Positions 32,736 through 46,201 of a stretch of DNA of 64,000 bases are shown piece after piece (the stretch's first letter is position 1; the number at the start of each line of letters is the position of its first letter). The position numbers and the translations under genes were made by a program. The notes beneath the pieces are model-generated. The model saw nothing but the letters and a program-made list of their open reading frames with translations, made no database searches and was not told where the DNA came from. The stretch is from an uncultured Gammaproteobacteria bacterium (lineage in GTDB: Bacteria; Pseudomonadota; Gammaproteobacteria; GCA-002705445; GCA-002716945), in contig CACLCV010000003.1 in NCBI GenBank assembly GCA_902605525.1, positions 895-64,894 of the forward strand, read 5' to 3'.

Positions 32736-33842
32736 ATGAACATTACTTTTAATACTCACGATTTAATTAATAAAATTAAAAACATAGCCCCGACTGCAGA
32801 AGCTAAGCAGACACTCGCAATATTGGGTAACATGAAAGTTGAGATTAATGCTGGCAAAGCTGTATTTACAGCATCTGACCTTGAAATAGAAGTGTCTACT
32901 TCAATGTTATGCTCATCAGATCAGGACGGAAGCTTTACAATACCCGCTAAAAAGATGCTCGAAATCTGTAACGCACTATCAGCACATGACGAGATTAAAA
33001 TATCTGTTACTGATACAAAAGCCGATCTTACCGCAGGGAAAAGCAAAGTATCTCTTCAGATAATACCAGCAGCAGATTATCCTAAGATGGAAAGGAACGA
33101 ATCTAGTGAAGCGATAAGTATTGGTAGCGATGAACTCTCGAATATTATTAATAAAACTTCATTTGCTATGGCATATCAGGATGCCAGACACTTCCTTAAT
33201 GGACTCCATGTATGTAATGATGAAGGGAAGTTAACATCTGTCTGCACAGATGGACACAGACTTGCAAAATATACATCTACAATCACGTGTGCTGATGATT
33301 TATCAATTATAATTCCGAGAAAATGTGTTATAGAAATTAACAGAATTTTAGCAGCAAATAGTGACAATAGTAAGATAATAACAGAACTTTATATTAATAA
33401 TAACTCTATCACACTTATTATTGATGACTACATATTAATATCAAAACTTATAGAAGGTAACTATCCTAATTTTAATAAAGTAATACCAGAATCAACAAAC
33501 TCTACGTTAGTGATAGACAGGTCGATACTTAAAAACTCACTAAATATAATTTCTAAAGTAGTCAACCAGCAATATAAAGGTGTCAAGTTAACACCTTCAA
33601 AGGATTCGCTACATCTAATATCGAGCAATACTGAGAGTGAAGTAGGAGAGGATCAGATAGATGCTAGCTATGATGGCGATGAATTATCAATAGGTTTTAA
33701 TATCTCATATATTCAAGATGTCATTGACATACTAGCCAGTGACAATATTAACATTTGCATAAATGATCAGAACTCAGGATGTGTTTTGCTGGGTGATTCT
33801 GAGCCAGCATCTGTCTTTGTCATCATGCCTATGCGTGTATAA
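32736..33842 (+). CDS. dnaN: DNA polymerase III beta sliding clamp
   Basis: A 368-aa three-domain clamp with the expected position and length. Confidence 0.95.
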   Translation: MNITFNTHDLINKIKNIAPTAEAKQTLAILGNMKVEINAGKAVFTASDLEIEVSTSMLCSSDQDGSFTIPAKKMLEICNALSAHDEIKISVTDTKADLTAGKSKVSLQIIPAADYPKMERNESSEAISIGSDELSNIINKTSFAMAYQDARHFLNGLHVCNDEGKLTSVCTDGHRLAKYTSTITCADDLSIIIPRKCVIEINRILAANSDNSKIITELYINNNSITLIIDDYILISKLIEGNYPNFNKVIPESTNSTLVIDRSILKNSLNIISKVVNQQYKGVKLTPSKDSLHLISSNTESEVGEDQIDASYDGDELSIGFNISYIQDVIDILASDNINICINDQNSGCVLLGDSEPASVFVIMPMRV

Positions 33843-33844
33843 TA

Positions 33845-37334
<3,490 letters not shown>

Positions 37335-37335
<1 letters not shown>

Positions 37336-38105
37336 TGAAAGTTGTTACTTGGAATGTTAATTCTATAAATGTTCGCCTACCAAATATCCTTAAATATTTA
37401 GTTGATTACCAGCCGGATGTTTTGTGTCTTCAGGAGCTTAAGTGTTTGTCTGACAAGTACCCTTTTGACGCACTAAAAGAAGCAGGCTATTTTACAGAGC
37501 AGTCCTGCCAAAAAACCTACAATGGCGTGTCAATTATCTCAAAAGAACAAGGCGATGAGGTAATTGATAATCCCGTTAATATTTCTAGTGATGAAAAAAG
37601 GTCTATTGCTGGGACTTACAATGGCGTTAGAATTATCAATTTTTATGTAGTTAATGGTCAAGCAATAAATTCAGATAAGTATCAGCATAAACTTCAATGG
37701 CTTTCAAAAGCCAAAAAGTATATCAGTGATCAACTAAAAATATATCCTAATCTTATTGTTGTTGGTGACTTTAATATTGTTCCAAACGAGAGCGACGCTT
37801 CAAACTTCTCGTCTGAAGATATTCTTTGCTCAGACAAAGAGAGAAATGCTCTAAAATCTTTATTTGATTTAGGACTGATTGATTGTTATACACATGTTGA
37901 TGAAGAGTCTCCATTTACTTGGTGGGATTATCGAGGTGGAGCATTTCATAGAGATATTGGCTATAGAATAGATCTATTACTTGCCAGTCGCGAAACTCAT
38001 AAATCACTTAAGAGCTATGTGGTTCACAAAGATACCAGACATAAATCTTGGTGCCCTGAGCAACCCAAAACCTCTGATCATGCGCCCGTAATGATTGAGA
38101 TTTAA
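37335..38105 (+). CDS. xthA: Exodeoxyribonuclease III (Xth family AP endonuclease)
   Basis: N-terminal WNVNSI..QELK and a C-terminal SDHAP motif. 256 aa. Confidence 0.9.
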
Positions 38106-38158
38106 AAGATTTCTAGACTAAATACCATAGTCTGATATATTTATGTTGAGAGAAATAT

Positions 38159-38791
38159 ATGACTAGTATAATGGTTATTAACGCCAAAGGCGGTTCCGGC
38201 AAAACAACAATATCCACTAATCTAGCAGCTTATTATGCTAATGCGGGCTTTAATGTAACATTGGTTGATTTAGATCCTCAAAATTCTTCTTTAAACTGGC
38301 TTTCTTCGAGGCCAATAACTAAACCTAAAATAAAAGGAGTATCATCGTTGCCTCCTCAAAAAGTATCTAGAAAGCTTAATGACGTTACAATTTTTGATGT
38401 CCCGGCAGCTATATACGGCCCAAGGCTGGAGACTTATATTAAAAAAGCCAGAAAGATTATAATACCGGTTCTTCCGTCACCCATAGACATGGCTGCCGCT
38501 AAAGATTTTCTTAAGTCTATTAGAAGCCTAGGTAGTGTAGTTAGAAATAGAACAGATATATGCTTGGTGGCAAATAGATGCAGAGCTAATACAAATATTT
38601 TTGAGGAATTAGATTATTATCTTGTAAAAGAAAAAGGTATTAGATATGTCACTGCTTTCAGAGATAATACAAATTATATTAATTCAGCCAGAAAAGGCAT
38701 TGGTATATTTGAAATGGGCGAATCAATGACTGCTCAAGACAGAGAAGAATGGAAGCCTCTACTATCTTGGCTGAAGCCAAAGAAAAAGTAA
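38159..38791 (+). CDS. Small ParA/MinD-like P-loop ATPase (type Ib ParA / ParF-like), orphan
   Basis: Deviant Walker A NAKGGSGKTT. 210 aa with no N-terminal HTH. No partner ParB/ParG-like gene is adjacent. Confidence 0.7.
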   Translation: MTSIMVINAKGGSGKTTISTNLAAYYANAGFNVTLVDLDPQNSSLNWLSSRPITKPKIKGVSSLPPQKVSRKLNDVTIFDVPAAIYGPRLETYIKKARKIIIPVLPSPIDMAAAKDFLKSIRSLGSVVRNRTDICLVANRCRANTNIFEELDYYLVKEKGIRYVTAFRDNTNYINSARKGIGIFEMGESMTAQDREEWKPLLSWLKPKKK

Positions 38792-38795
38792 TTTT

Positions 38796-39635
38796 CTAAA
38801 TTAGACTATCTTTAATCCCTTCTCTGATATCTTTAAACTCTATGATATCTGGAAAGATTCTGTTCATTAATGACACATCTAATATTCTTGATTCATTTAT
38901 AAAACTCTTGCGCTTATCATCGTATAACTTATTAGCTTCCTCATAATCTATAAATTTTGGGTAGTTGAGTTTCAGCGAATCATAGATATGAAGGTAGTAG
39001 TCAGTAGTTTTAATAGGAGTGCCGTCACTCACATTCATGACTATGTTTGTTGTTTCTTTATGTGTTAAACATTGGATTATTATTTTTGCTAAATCTTTAG
39101 CATTTATTAGATTTGTATGTTTGCAGATATCTTGTCTGATCAATGGTAAATTACTATCAACTCTTTTCATAGGTAATCTACCCTGTCCATATATCCCAGG
39201 AACTCTAAGAATGGTATAATCAATGTTGCTGTTAATAATTTGATCCTCTGCATGAACTCTTCTTCTAGCTCTGTCGGTTATCGGTTCTAACTTTGATTTT
39301 TCATCTACTAACTGATCTTTCTTGTCGCCGTATACTCCGCTAGTGCTTATATATATAAGCCTTTTTATTTTACTTTTATCTACGCTGGAGAGGAAATTTT
39401 CAAGTGTATGGTCTTCAACGCCACTTGCTTGTGGCGCAGCAAGGTAAATGACATCACCCATATCGCGAAATACTTTATCTAGTTCATCCGTGCATATAGA
39501 GATATCTATGGAATAGTTATGTTTACAGTTATTTTTTTTAGATCTGCAAACTCCAATAAACTCATAATCATAACTATATTTGTCTGTTATAAAGTTACAA
39601 ACATATCCATTGCCTATAAGATAAACTTTATTCAT
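38796..39635 (-). CDS. Atypical SDR / NAD-dependent epimerase-dehydratase family protein
   Basis: Rossmann-like N-terminus (VYLIGNGYVC) and a YxxxK-containing core (YISTSGVYGDKK). 279 aa, downstream of hemD. Confidence 0.5.
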   Translation of the reverse strand: MNKVYLIGNGYVCNFITDKYSYDYEFIGVCRSKKNNCKHNYSIDISICTDELDKVFRDMGDVIYLAAPQASGVEDHTLENFLSSVDKSKIKRLIYISTSGVYGDKKDQLVDEKSKLEPITDRARRRVHAEDQIINSNIDYTILRVPGIYGQGRLPMKRVDSNLPLIRQDICKHTNLINAKDLAKIIIQCLTHKETTNIVMNVSDGTPIKTTDYYLHIYDSLKLNYPKFIDYEEANKLYDDKRKSFINESRILDVSLMNRIFPDIIEFKDIREGIKDSLI

Positions 39636-40332
39636 TTATTTGGTTTATTTTTAAAGCTAAAGTTTCTATATCGTATATATCTTCGATTTTTGTAGTAGAT
39701 GCGACATCTTCATCAATAATAATCTTTTCATCAGACTTATCTAATAAAAAAAAGTGTACTTTCTCTAAGTTAACATCGGGCTTTCTTATAAGTGGTTCTA
39801 CACTACTCTTGCTAAATCCAATAATGACACAACCTTGATTAACCATCTGACTTACTTTAGCTAAATTATCTTTATTAAGTATACGCTCATATACATCACA
39901 TTTTTTATAATCAATTTCTTTATTAATAAGATATTCCTCAATTGTTTTCTTTCCCCCTATGCCTTTAAGAAGGAGAGTTCTTCCTATATCATAATTATCA
40001 TCATCAATTTTTTTTATAAGTCCTAAGCTCGAATATTCGCTTTCAGGTATTAAACAGTTTATTCCAAATTTTTTCTCAACCCATGCTTTGCAATTAGGGC
40101 CTATTCCATAAATTCGTTCAGTACTATATATATGGTTGTTGCTAGAATCTATTTTTTTAATAGCATTAGCACTCTGAATAATAATGGTTTTATATTCATC
40201 ATCTACAGGGTATCTCTCAATATGTTGAATATCTTGTATTAACATGTCATGGAATACATGCCCACTTTGTTCTAATATCTCTGCAAGTTCATCTTTCATT
40301 GAAAAGTTTGAGACCAGGATTACATCTAACAT
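39628..40332 (-). CDS. hemD: Uroporphyrinogen-III synthase
   Basis: It follows hemC with a 7-nt overlap. The N-terminus and the ..LLKGIGGKK.. region align with E. coli HemD (ILRGNGGRE). 234 aa. Confidence 0.65.
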   Translation of the reverse strand: MLDVILVSNFSMKDELAEILEQSGHVFHDMLIQDIQHIERYPVDDEYKTIIIQSANAIKKIDSSNNHIYSTERIYGIGPNCKAWVEKKFGINCLIPESEYSSLGLIKKIDDDNYDIGRTLLLKGIGGKKTIEEYLINKEIDYKKCDVYERILNKDNLAKVSQMVNQGCVIIGFSKSSVEPLIRKPDVNLEKVHFFLLDKSDEKIIIDEDVASTTKIEDIYDIETLALKINQINE

Positions 40333-41237
40333 TTAAGCATCCTCTTAGAGCCCATCTTTATAAAAACATCTGATAGGTCTTCAGCAAGTTCTTCATAAGT
40401 ATCTTTTTTCCCGGATACTTTATTTTTAATGAACTTTGTTCCATCAATGGATGCAACATAACCTGTTATTGTTAGTAAATTTTTTTCTATCACAGCATGT
40501 GCACCTATTGGCGATAGGCAATCGCCGTCCATGTTTCTAGCGAATATCCTCTCAGCAGCGCCGCATATTTCGGTATCTACATGCACTACTTTTTTAATTC
40601 TCTTGATAATAAAATCATTTTTAGACAAACACTCTATACATAAAATTCCCTGTCCTGGCGAAGGTACAAAATCATTTACACTAAGACTTTGTGTAATGAC
40701 ATGATCTAGCCCCATTCTTATAAGTCCAGATTTAGCTAAAATTATTCCGTCCAACTGTTCTTTTTTTAGTTTTTCAAGCCTTGTTTGAATATTACCTCTT
40801 ATTTCTTTTGATTTAATGTTTGAATTCATATGTTTTAATATTGCCTGTCTTCTCGGACTGGAAGAACCAATAATACCAGTTTTAATATCAGACAAAGTTC
40901 TGTGTTTACCTGAGATAAACACATCTCTTGGATCCTCTCTTTCCATAATGCTGCTGATATTAAATCGCTCATCAAGCTTTGCAGGAACATCTTTCATAGA
41001 ATGAACGGCTATATCAGCCACTCCCTCTAGGAGTGCGTTTTCAAGTTCTTTTAAAAAAAGCCCTTTGCCACCTTCTTTTTTGAAGCTTTTATTATCCACT
41101 CTATCCCCTGATGTACTCATAGATATTAGGTCAACTTTATCAAAAACACTGTTATCTATTAGAAAGCTTTTGACCATATTAGCTTGAGCTAACGCAAGAG
41201 GGCTTTGACGTGTAGCAAGTTTTATATTATTACTCAT
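40326..41237 (-). CDS. hemC: Porphobilinogen deaminase (hydroxymethylbilane synthase)
   Basis: N-terminal KLATRQSPLALAQA and a dipyrromethane cofactor Cys region. 303 aa. Confidence 0.95.
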   Translation of the reverse strand: MSNNIKLATRQSPLALAQANMVKSFLIDNSVFDKVDLISMSTSGDRVDNKSFKKEGGKGLFLKELENALLEGVADIAVHSMKDVPAKLDERFNISSIMEREDPRDVFISGKHRTLSDIKTGIIGSSSPRRQAILKHMNSNIKSKEIRGNIQTRLEKLKKEQLDGIILAKSGLIRMGLDHVITQSLSVNDFVPSPGQGILCIECLSKNDFIIKRIKKVVHVDTEICGAAERIFARNMDGDCLSPIGAHAVIEKNLLTITGYVASIDGTKFIKNKVSGKKDTYEELAEDLSDVFIKMGSKRMLKC

Positions 41238-41309
41238 TATTGCATTACCAAAATTTCAGTTATAGTATACTGGCATTAAGACATATATTAAAACCTCAAG
41301 AGATTTATT

Positions 41310-42701
41310 ATGAAAAACTCCACTTGGTCAGGAAGATTTAAAAAAGGATTAGACGAAGAAGTGCTCGAGTTCTCTGAGAGCATTAGCTTTGACCATCTTC
41401 TTTTTGATTCAGACATCAGGGTGTGTATTGCGCATGCGGAGATGCTGTCAGAGTGTAAAATTATTTCAAAGAAGGAATCAAATACGTTGATTAAAGGTTT
41501 AAATGCAGTTCAAAAGAAATATGATGCTGGCAAGCTGAGGCTGTCAATCAAATTTGAAGATGTACACATGAACATAGAACAAGCTCTTACTAAAGAGATT
41601 GGAGAACTTGGTAAAAAAATTCATATGGGAAGATCTAGGAATGATTTAGTTGCCACAGACTTTAGGTTGTACTTGAGAGACTGTTCAGACTTAATTCTGG
41701 AAAAGTTAAGAGACATTAGATATGCACTTGCCTTATCTGCACACGATAATTCCAGCGTAATTTTTCCAGGTTACACACATTTACAACTAGCTCAGCCAGT
41801 CACATTCGGACATCATCTGCTTGCTTGGCATGAAATGCTAGCAAGAGATGAACAGAGAATGGCTCAAACTAAAGACAGACTTAATGTGCTCCCTTTAGGA
41901 AGCGCTGCTCTGTCTGGGACACCATATAAAATTAATCGCAAGTCTGTTGCAAAAAAACTTGGATTTAAAACTGTGTCATCCAATTCTATGGATGCAGTAA
42001 GCGATAGAGATTTCGTTTGTGATTTTGCATATACATGTTCGATGACGATGATGCATCTTTCAAGGATATCAGAGGAACTAGTTTTCTGGATGAACAGTCA
42101 TATCAAGCTTGTAGATATAGATGAAGCATTTTGTACTGGATCATCAATTATGCCTCAGAAAAAAAATCCTGATGTGCCTGAACTAGTGAGAGGAAAATCA
42201 GGTGCAGTAATAGGGTCATTAACATCGCTATTTGTTTTATTAAAAGGGTTGCCATTAACGTACAATAGAGACCTTCAAGAAGATAAAAGTATTATATTAG
42301 AAGCTATTGGGAGTGTGGTTTCATGCTTAGCTTTAATGCCAAGACTGATATTAACTTTAAAAATTAACAAGGAAAGGGCTTTGATTTTTTCCAAACAAGA
42401 TTATTCAAATGCTACTGATTTAGCTGACTACTTGTCAATGAAAGGTGTTCCATTTAGGACCTCTCATGAAATAGTTGGAAAAATAGTTAAATATGCTGAA
42501 TCAAAAAACATAAGCCTTAATGAAATTTCATTGGGTGTCTTTAAAAAATTTTCTAATAAAATTAATAAAGATGTATATACCTCAATTGATGTTGAAAAGT
42601 CTATACATACAAAGAAAGCAATAGGAGCATCATCGCCAGCTAATGTTAGAAAAGAAGCAAAAAAAATATTATCTGCACTTAAGGTTCATGGCTATAAATA
42701 A
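41310..42701 (+). CDS. argH: Argininosuccinate lyase
   Basis: Fumarate-lyase signature GSSIMPQKKNPD. 463 aa. Confidence 0.95.
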   Translation: MKNSTWSGRFKKGLDEEVLEFSESISFDHLLFDSDIRVCIAHAEMLSECKIISKKESNTLIKGLNAVQKKYDAGKLRLSIKFEDVHMNIEQALTKEIGELGKKIHMGRSRNDLVATDFRLYLRDCSDLILEKLRDIRYALALSAHDNSSVIFPGYTHLQLAQPVTFGHHLLAWHEMLARDEQRMAQTKDRLNVLPLGSAALSGTPYKINRKSVAKKLGFKTVSSNSMDAVSDRDFVCDFAYTCSMTMMHLSRISEELVFWMNSHIKLVDIDEAFCTGSSIMPQKKNPDVPELVRGKSGAVIGSLTSLFVLLKGLPLTYNRDLQEDKSIILEAIGSVVSCLALMPRLILTLKINKERALIFSKQDYSNATDLADYLSMKGVPFRTSHEIVGKIVKYAESKNISLNEISLGVFKKFSNKINKDVYTSIDVEKSIHTKKAIGASSPANVRKEAKKILSALKVHGYK

Positions 42702-43053
42702 AATAAGAAGCAGTATATTTATAATATTTTTGTTAGCTTTCTCTCATGTTTCACATTCTGATATTAAAACGCCAAATATTAAAGAATACATGAGTGATGA
42801 TTCTGGATTATATGATTCATACATCTATGGCCTTGAGAGCGGCCTTGAATGGGCATCGGAATATTATTATCGAAAACATGAGATAGAGCTTTATTGTAAG
42901 CCAGGAAACATAGAGCTTCCTGCGTCTGAACTCCGGAAAATCATTAATAAAACTATAAGCTCCAAACCAGGGTTCTTTGAAGAGTATGAAAATGAGCCCC
43001 TGGTTGGCCTTGCCCTTAGAAACGGGTTCATTGAGGCTTTTCCTTGCCGATAA
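42688..43053 (+). CDS. Secreted hypothetical protein with two conserved Cys (YCKPG...AFPC)
   Basis: Signal peptide MAINKIRSSIFIIFLLAFSHVSHS from the internal Met at 42688. The upstream part of the listed ORF overlaps argH. Confidence 0.45.
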   Translation: MAINKIRSSIFIIFLLAFSHVSHSDIKTPNIKEYMSDDSGLYDSYIYGLESGLEWASEYYYRKHEIELYCKPGNIELPASELRKIINKTISSKPGFFEEYENEPLVGLALRNGFIEAFPCR

Positions 43054-43122
43054 CTCTTGTTACAGAGTACCTAATTCTGTAATATAACTACTGGGTTATT
43101 TTAATTAATAGGAGAAACGAAT

Positions 43123-43479
43123 ATGCCAGATCATCCAGTACCACAAGGAGATGACATTATATTGCCTGATGGGACCAAGGTAGGTTCATGGAATGGCGAT
43201 GATGTGAAGGATCTTCAAGTAGAAGTTCTTAGAATAATAAAAGAACAGAAAGAGAGTGGAGCCGATAGAAACAATCTTCTGATACGTTTTGGAATACCAC
43301 ATATGGATCAGACACCTGATCATCTCAAAAATTTTATCGCTTATGCTCTATGGGGTGTTGATAAAAAAGGAATGTGTCTTACTCACAGAAGAGCTGACCA
43401 TTTTGAACACTTAGATAAAATTAACGAAAAATACGGAAGCGAGACTGCAATAGCTGCAGCACAAAGATATCGCGAGTAG
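43123..43479 (+). CDS. Hypothetical cytoplasmic protein
   Basis: A 118-aa protein with a good AGGAGA ribosome-binding site 7 nt upstream and no recognisable motif. Confidence 0.45.
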   Translation: MPDHPVPQGDDIILPDGTKVGSWNGDDVKDLQVEVLRIIKEQKESGADRNNLLIRFGIPHMDQTPDHLKNFIAYALWGVDKKGMCLTHRRADHFEHLDKINEKYGSETAIAAAQRYRE

Positions 43480-43488
43480 TCCATTATT

Positions 43489-43525
43489 TAAAAGGGCGGT
43501 TAAGGCTGCCCTTTTAAAGCTTTTT
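43489..43525. terminator. Bidirectional intrinsic terminator between convergent genes
   Basis: Hairpin aaaagggcgg-ttaagg-ctgccctttt (one mismatch) followed by a T-run (cttttaaagcttttt) on the plus strand and an A/T-rich tail on the minus strand. Confidence 0.5.
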
Positions 43526-44134
43526 ATAAAACCAGTCTATTAAATTACTAATCATTTCTTTGCTGATTGTATGACCACAATCATCTACAAATTCATGCAT
43601 ACTCAAGCCTTTTTCTTTTAAGAATGCCACAGATTTATGATGGGTCCCTATAGATATCGTTGTATCTTTACTACCATGCGCCATGTAGATATCAGCATCT
43701 TTATTTTTTATCTCTAAGCTTGATGAAGACGGAACATACCCAGATATAGCAACAATAGCGTCACAACTTATATCAGCACTTATCCCCATAGATAGAGAGA
43801 GCGCTGCGCCTTGTGAAAAACCTCCAAGATATGTTTTTTTATTTGAATCAATATAAGGAATAAGAGCTGATTTTATCTGTTCTTTAGATTTTTTTATCCC
43901 TTCATCATCTTCAACAACTATGCCATTATCTTCTCTAGGCAACGGATACCATGACCTTTTTCCATTATCTAGTGGCGCATTAGGCATTATTACATGAAGC
44001 TTGCCATCTAAGTTTAAATTTAGTAATTTTATAAATGGTTCAAATCCCCAATTATTTGCCCCATAGCCATGAAACCAGACTAGGTTGATACCAGCAGATT
44101 CTTTATCACCGATTGTAATTATATCTTTATTCAT
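43514..44134 (-). CDS. Phospholipase/carboxylesterase family alpha/beta hydrolase
   Basis: Motifs VWFHGYGAN and GFSQGAALS (GxSxG) with a C-terminal catalytic His region. 206 aa. Confidence 0.7.
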   Translation of the reverse strand: MNKDIITIGDKESAGINLVWFHGYGANNWGFEPFIKLLNLNLDGKLHVIMPNAPLDNGKRSWYPLPREDNGIVVEDDEGIKKSKEQIKSALIPYIDSNKKTYLGGFSQGAALSLSMGISADISCDAIVAISGYVPSSSSLEIKNKDADIYMAHGSKDTTISIGTHHKSVAFLKEKGLSMHEFVDDCGHTISKEMISNLIDWFYKKL

Positions 44135-44227
44135 TTTCTTAAAATCTTCATGATATGTGTTTGCGATTTAGCTTATAATATCAGAATGTACACATCTATA
44201 TTACACAAATATATTTTAGTTCTTATA

Positions 44228-44314
44228 ATGATTTCATTTTCACTGGTTTTATCTAATTGTGGTAACAAAGGACCTTTGATCCCAGCATCTAACATAGTTT
44301 TAATAAATAAATAA
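44228..44314 (+). CDS. lptM: LptM (YifL)-like mini-lipoprotein
   Basis: Not in the ORF track. Hand translation gives MISFSLVLSNCGNKGPLIPASNIVLINK-stop (28 aa) with the conserved CG.KGPL motif. Its stop codon abuts the lysA start, the canonical lptM-lysA-dapF arrangement. Confidence 0.4.
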   Translation: MISFSLVLSNCGNKGPLIPASNIVLINK

Positions 44315-44315
44315 T

Positions 44316-45551
44316 TTGAATTCTTTACACTACCAAAAAAATAAACTCTTTTTTGATGAATTAGATTTAGAAGAACTATCAAAAGGGATTACTACTCCAT
44401 TTTACCTATATTCTGAAAATCTTATAAAACAGAATATTAAAGAATATATCTCACAGTCTAATGATAAGACGCTTTTTTGCTACTCTGTAAAAGCTAATTC
44501 AAATTTATCAATATTAAAATTAATTGCATCTGAAGGGATGGGCTTTGATGTTGTATCTATGGGGGAGTTATACAGAGTTATTAAAGCTGGTTGTGATACT
44601 AAAAAAGTTGTTTATTCAGGTGTTGGAAAAACAAGAGCCGAGATTAGATATGCTTTAGAAAATAATATTCTTTGTTTCAATGTAGAGTCTGAAGGCGAGC
44701 TATTTGTAATTAATGACGAAGCTTCTGCTATGGGCACAACCGCAAATATTTCTATTAGAGTCAATCCTGATGTTGCGGTCGACTCACATCCGTATATATC
44801 AACTGGATTGAAAGATAATAAGTTTGGTATCACATATAAAAATGCATTAACTCTATATATAAAAGCATCAAAACTAAGTTCACTAAATATAATAGGTATT
44901 GATTTTCATATTGGATCACAGATTACCTCAATACTACCCTTTATAGATTCAATCAAATCAATTAAAAGCTTAGTAAGTGATTTAAAAAAAGAAAATATTA
45001 ATATTACACATATAGATGTAGGTGGAGGTCTTGGAATATCTTATGAGGGTGAAGATATTGTTAGAAAAGCTGATTATATTAGAGAAATAACGGATTCTTT
45101 GAGAGATTTAAATGTGAATATCTTATTTGAACCAGGAAGATCAGTAATAGGAGACTGCGGTCTTTTGGTGACACAAATTCAATATATCAAAGAGTCAGAA
45201 AGTAAGAATTTTATGATAGTAGATGCAAGCATGTCAGAATTGATAAGACCCCCTCTATATAATGCATTCCATAAAATTACACCAATTTTCAAACGTGATA
45301 AGAGCCATAAAAAATATGATATAGTTGGCCCTGTTTGTGAAAGCGCAGACTTTCTTGGAAAAGAAAGGTCTATGAACTCAGAGGTTCATGATCTTCTGGT
45401 TATTGAGGATGTTGGAGCCTATGGGTTTGTTTTATCATCAAATTATAATACAAGACCGAAACCGTCAGAATATATTATAACAAATGGCAGCATTAGAGAG
45501 ATAAGGTCTGCAGATACTCTTGATCAGATTCTTACAAATGAACTTAAGTGA
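44316..45551 (+). CDS. lysA: Diaminopimelate decarboxylase
   Basis: PLP fold-III decarboxylase with YSVKAN (PLP Lys) and C-terminal GAYG. 411 aa. Confidence 0.95.
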   Translation: MNSLHYQKNKLFFDELDLEELSKGITTPFYLYSENLIKQNIKEYISQSNDKTLFCYSVKANSNLSILKLIASEGMGFDVVSMGELYRVIKAGCDTKKVVYSGVGKTRAEIRYALENNILCFNVESEGELFVINDEASAMGTTANISIRVNPDVAVDSHPYISTGLKDNKFGITYKNALTLYIKASKLSSLNIIGIDFHIGSQITSILPFIDSIKSIKSLVSDLKKENINITHIDVGGGLGISYEGEDIVRKADYIREITDSLRDLNVNILFEPGRSVIGDCGLLVTQIQYIKESESKNFMIVDASMSELIRPPLYNAFHKITPIFKRDKSHKKYDIVGPVCESADFLGKERSMNSEVHDLLVIEDVGAYGFVLSSNYNTRPKPSEYIITNGSIREIRSADTLDQILTNELK

Positions 45552-46201
45552 GACGCACTCCTGAACTAGAGCTAATGGAAAGTGAGGCACAAGCAGTCTC
45601 ATACGCACAAGCAGACTTTTCTGAATCAAATCAAATCTTCATAAGCAATCTTCTCCAGCAGGCTTCAATCAATAGTGAAACAAAAATATTAGATGTTGGC
45701 TGTGGTGATGGGGAGATACCAATAATGCTTGTTAAAAAAACTCAATGCCAGATTACTGCAATTGATGGTTCGGAAAATATGCTTAAACAATTCACTTTAA
45801 AAAAAGAAAAACAAAATATAAAAAATATAAAGATATATAAAAAACTAATTAATAATGAACTCTTCCCAGAAAATGTATTTGATTTAGTTATTAATAATAG
45901 TGTTTTGCATCATATATCAGATGTAGATCTTTTTTGGCAAAATCTGATCAGACTGATTGGATCAAGAGGAAAAATATTTTTGATGGACTTAGTGCGTCCT
46001 GAATCAAATGCACAATTAGAAGATATTTTATCAAAATATGGAGGTTCTGACCCTATATTACTGAAAGATTTTGAAAATTCTCTTAGAGCTGCGTATACAA
46101 TTGATGAGGTTAGATCACAACTAAGTGACTTTAGTCAAGTTACATTCAATATCAAATCTGTATCAGATAGACATTTTTTTGCTACTATAATTATGAGATG
46201 A
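45548..46201 (+). CDS. Class I SAM-dependent methyltransferase
   Basis: Motif I ILDVGCGDGEI. It is inserted between lysA and dapF. 217 aa. Confidence 0.7.
   Translation: MRRTPELELMESEAQAVSYAQADFSESNQIFISNLLQQASINSETKILDVGCGDGEIPIMLVKKTQCQITAIDGSENMLKQFTLKKEKQNIKNIKIYKKLINNELFPENVFDLVINNSVLHHISDVDLFWQNLIRLIGSRGKIFLMDLVRPESNAQLEDILSKYGGSDPILLKDFENSLRAAYTIDEVRSQLSDFSQVTFNIKSVSDRHFFATIIMR

Noticed and set aside
44173-44382. A 69-aa minus-strand ORF between the esterase gene and lysA
   Set aside because: It overlaps the lysA start and the LptM-like ORF on the other strand. It has no ribosome-binding site and is low-complexity, so the plus-strand lptM-lysA reading is preferred.
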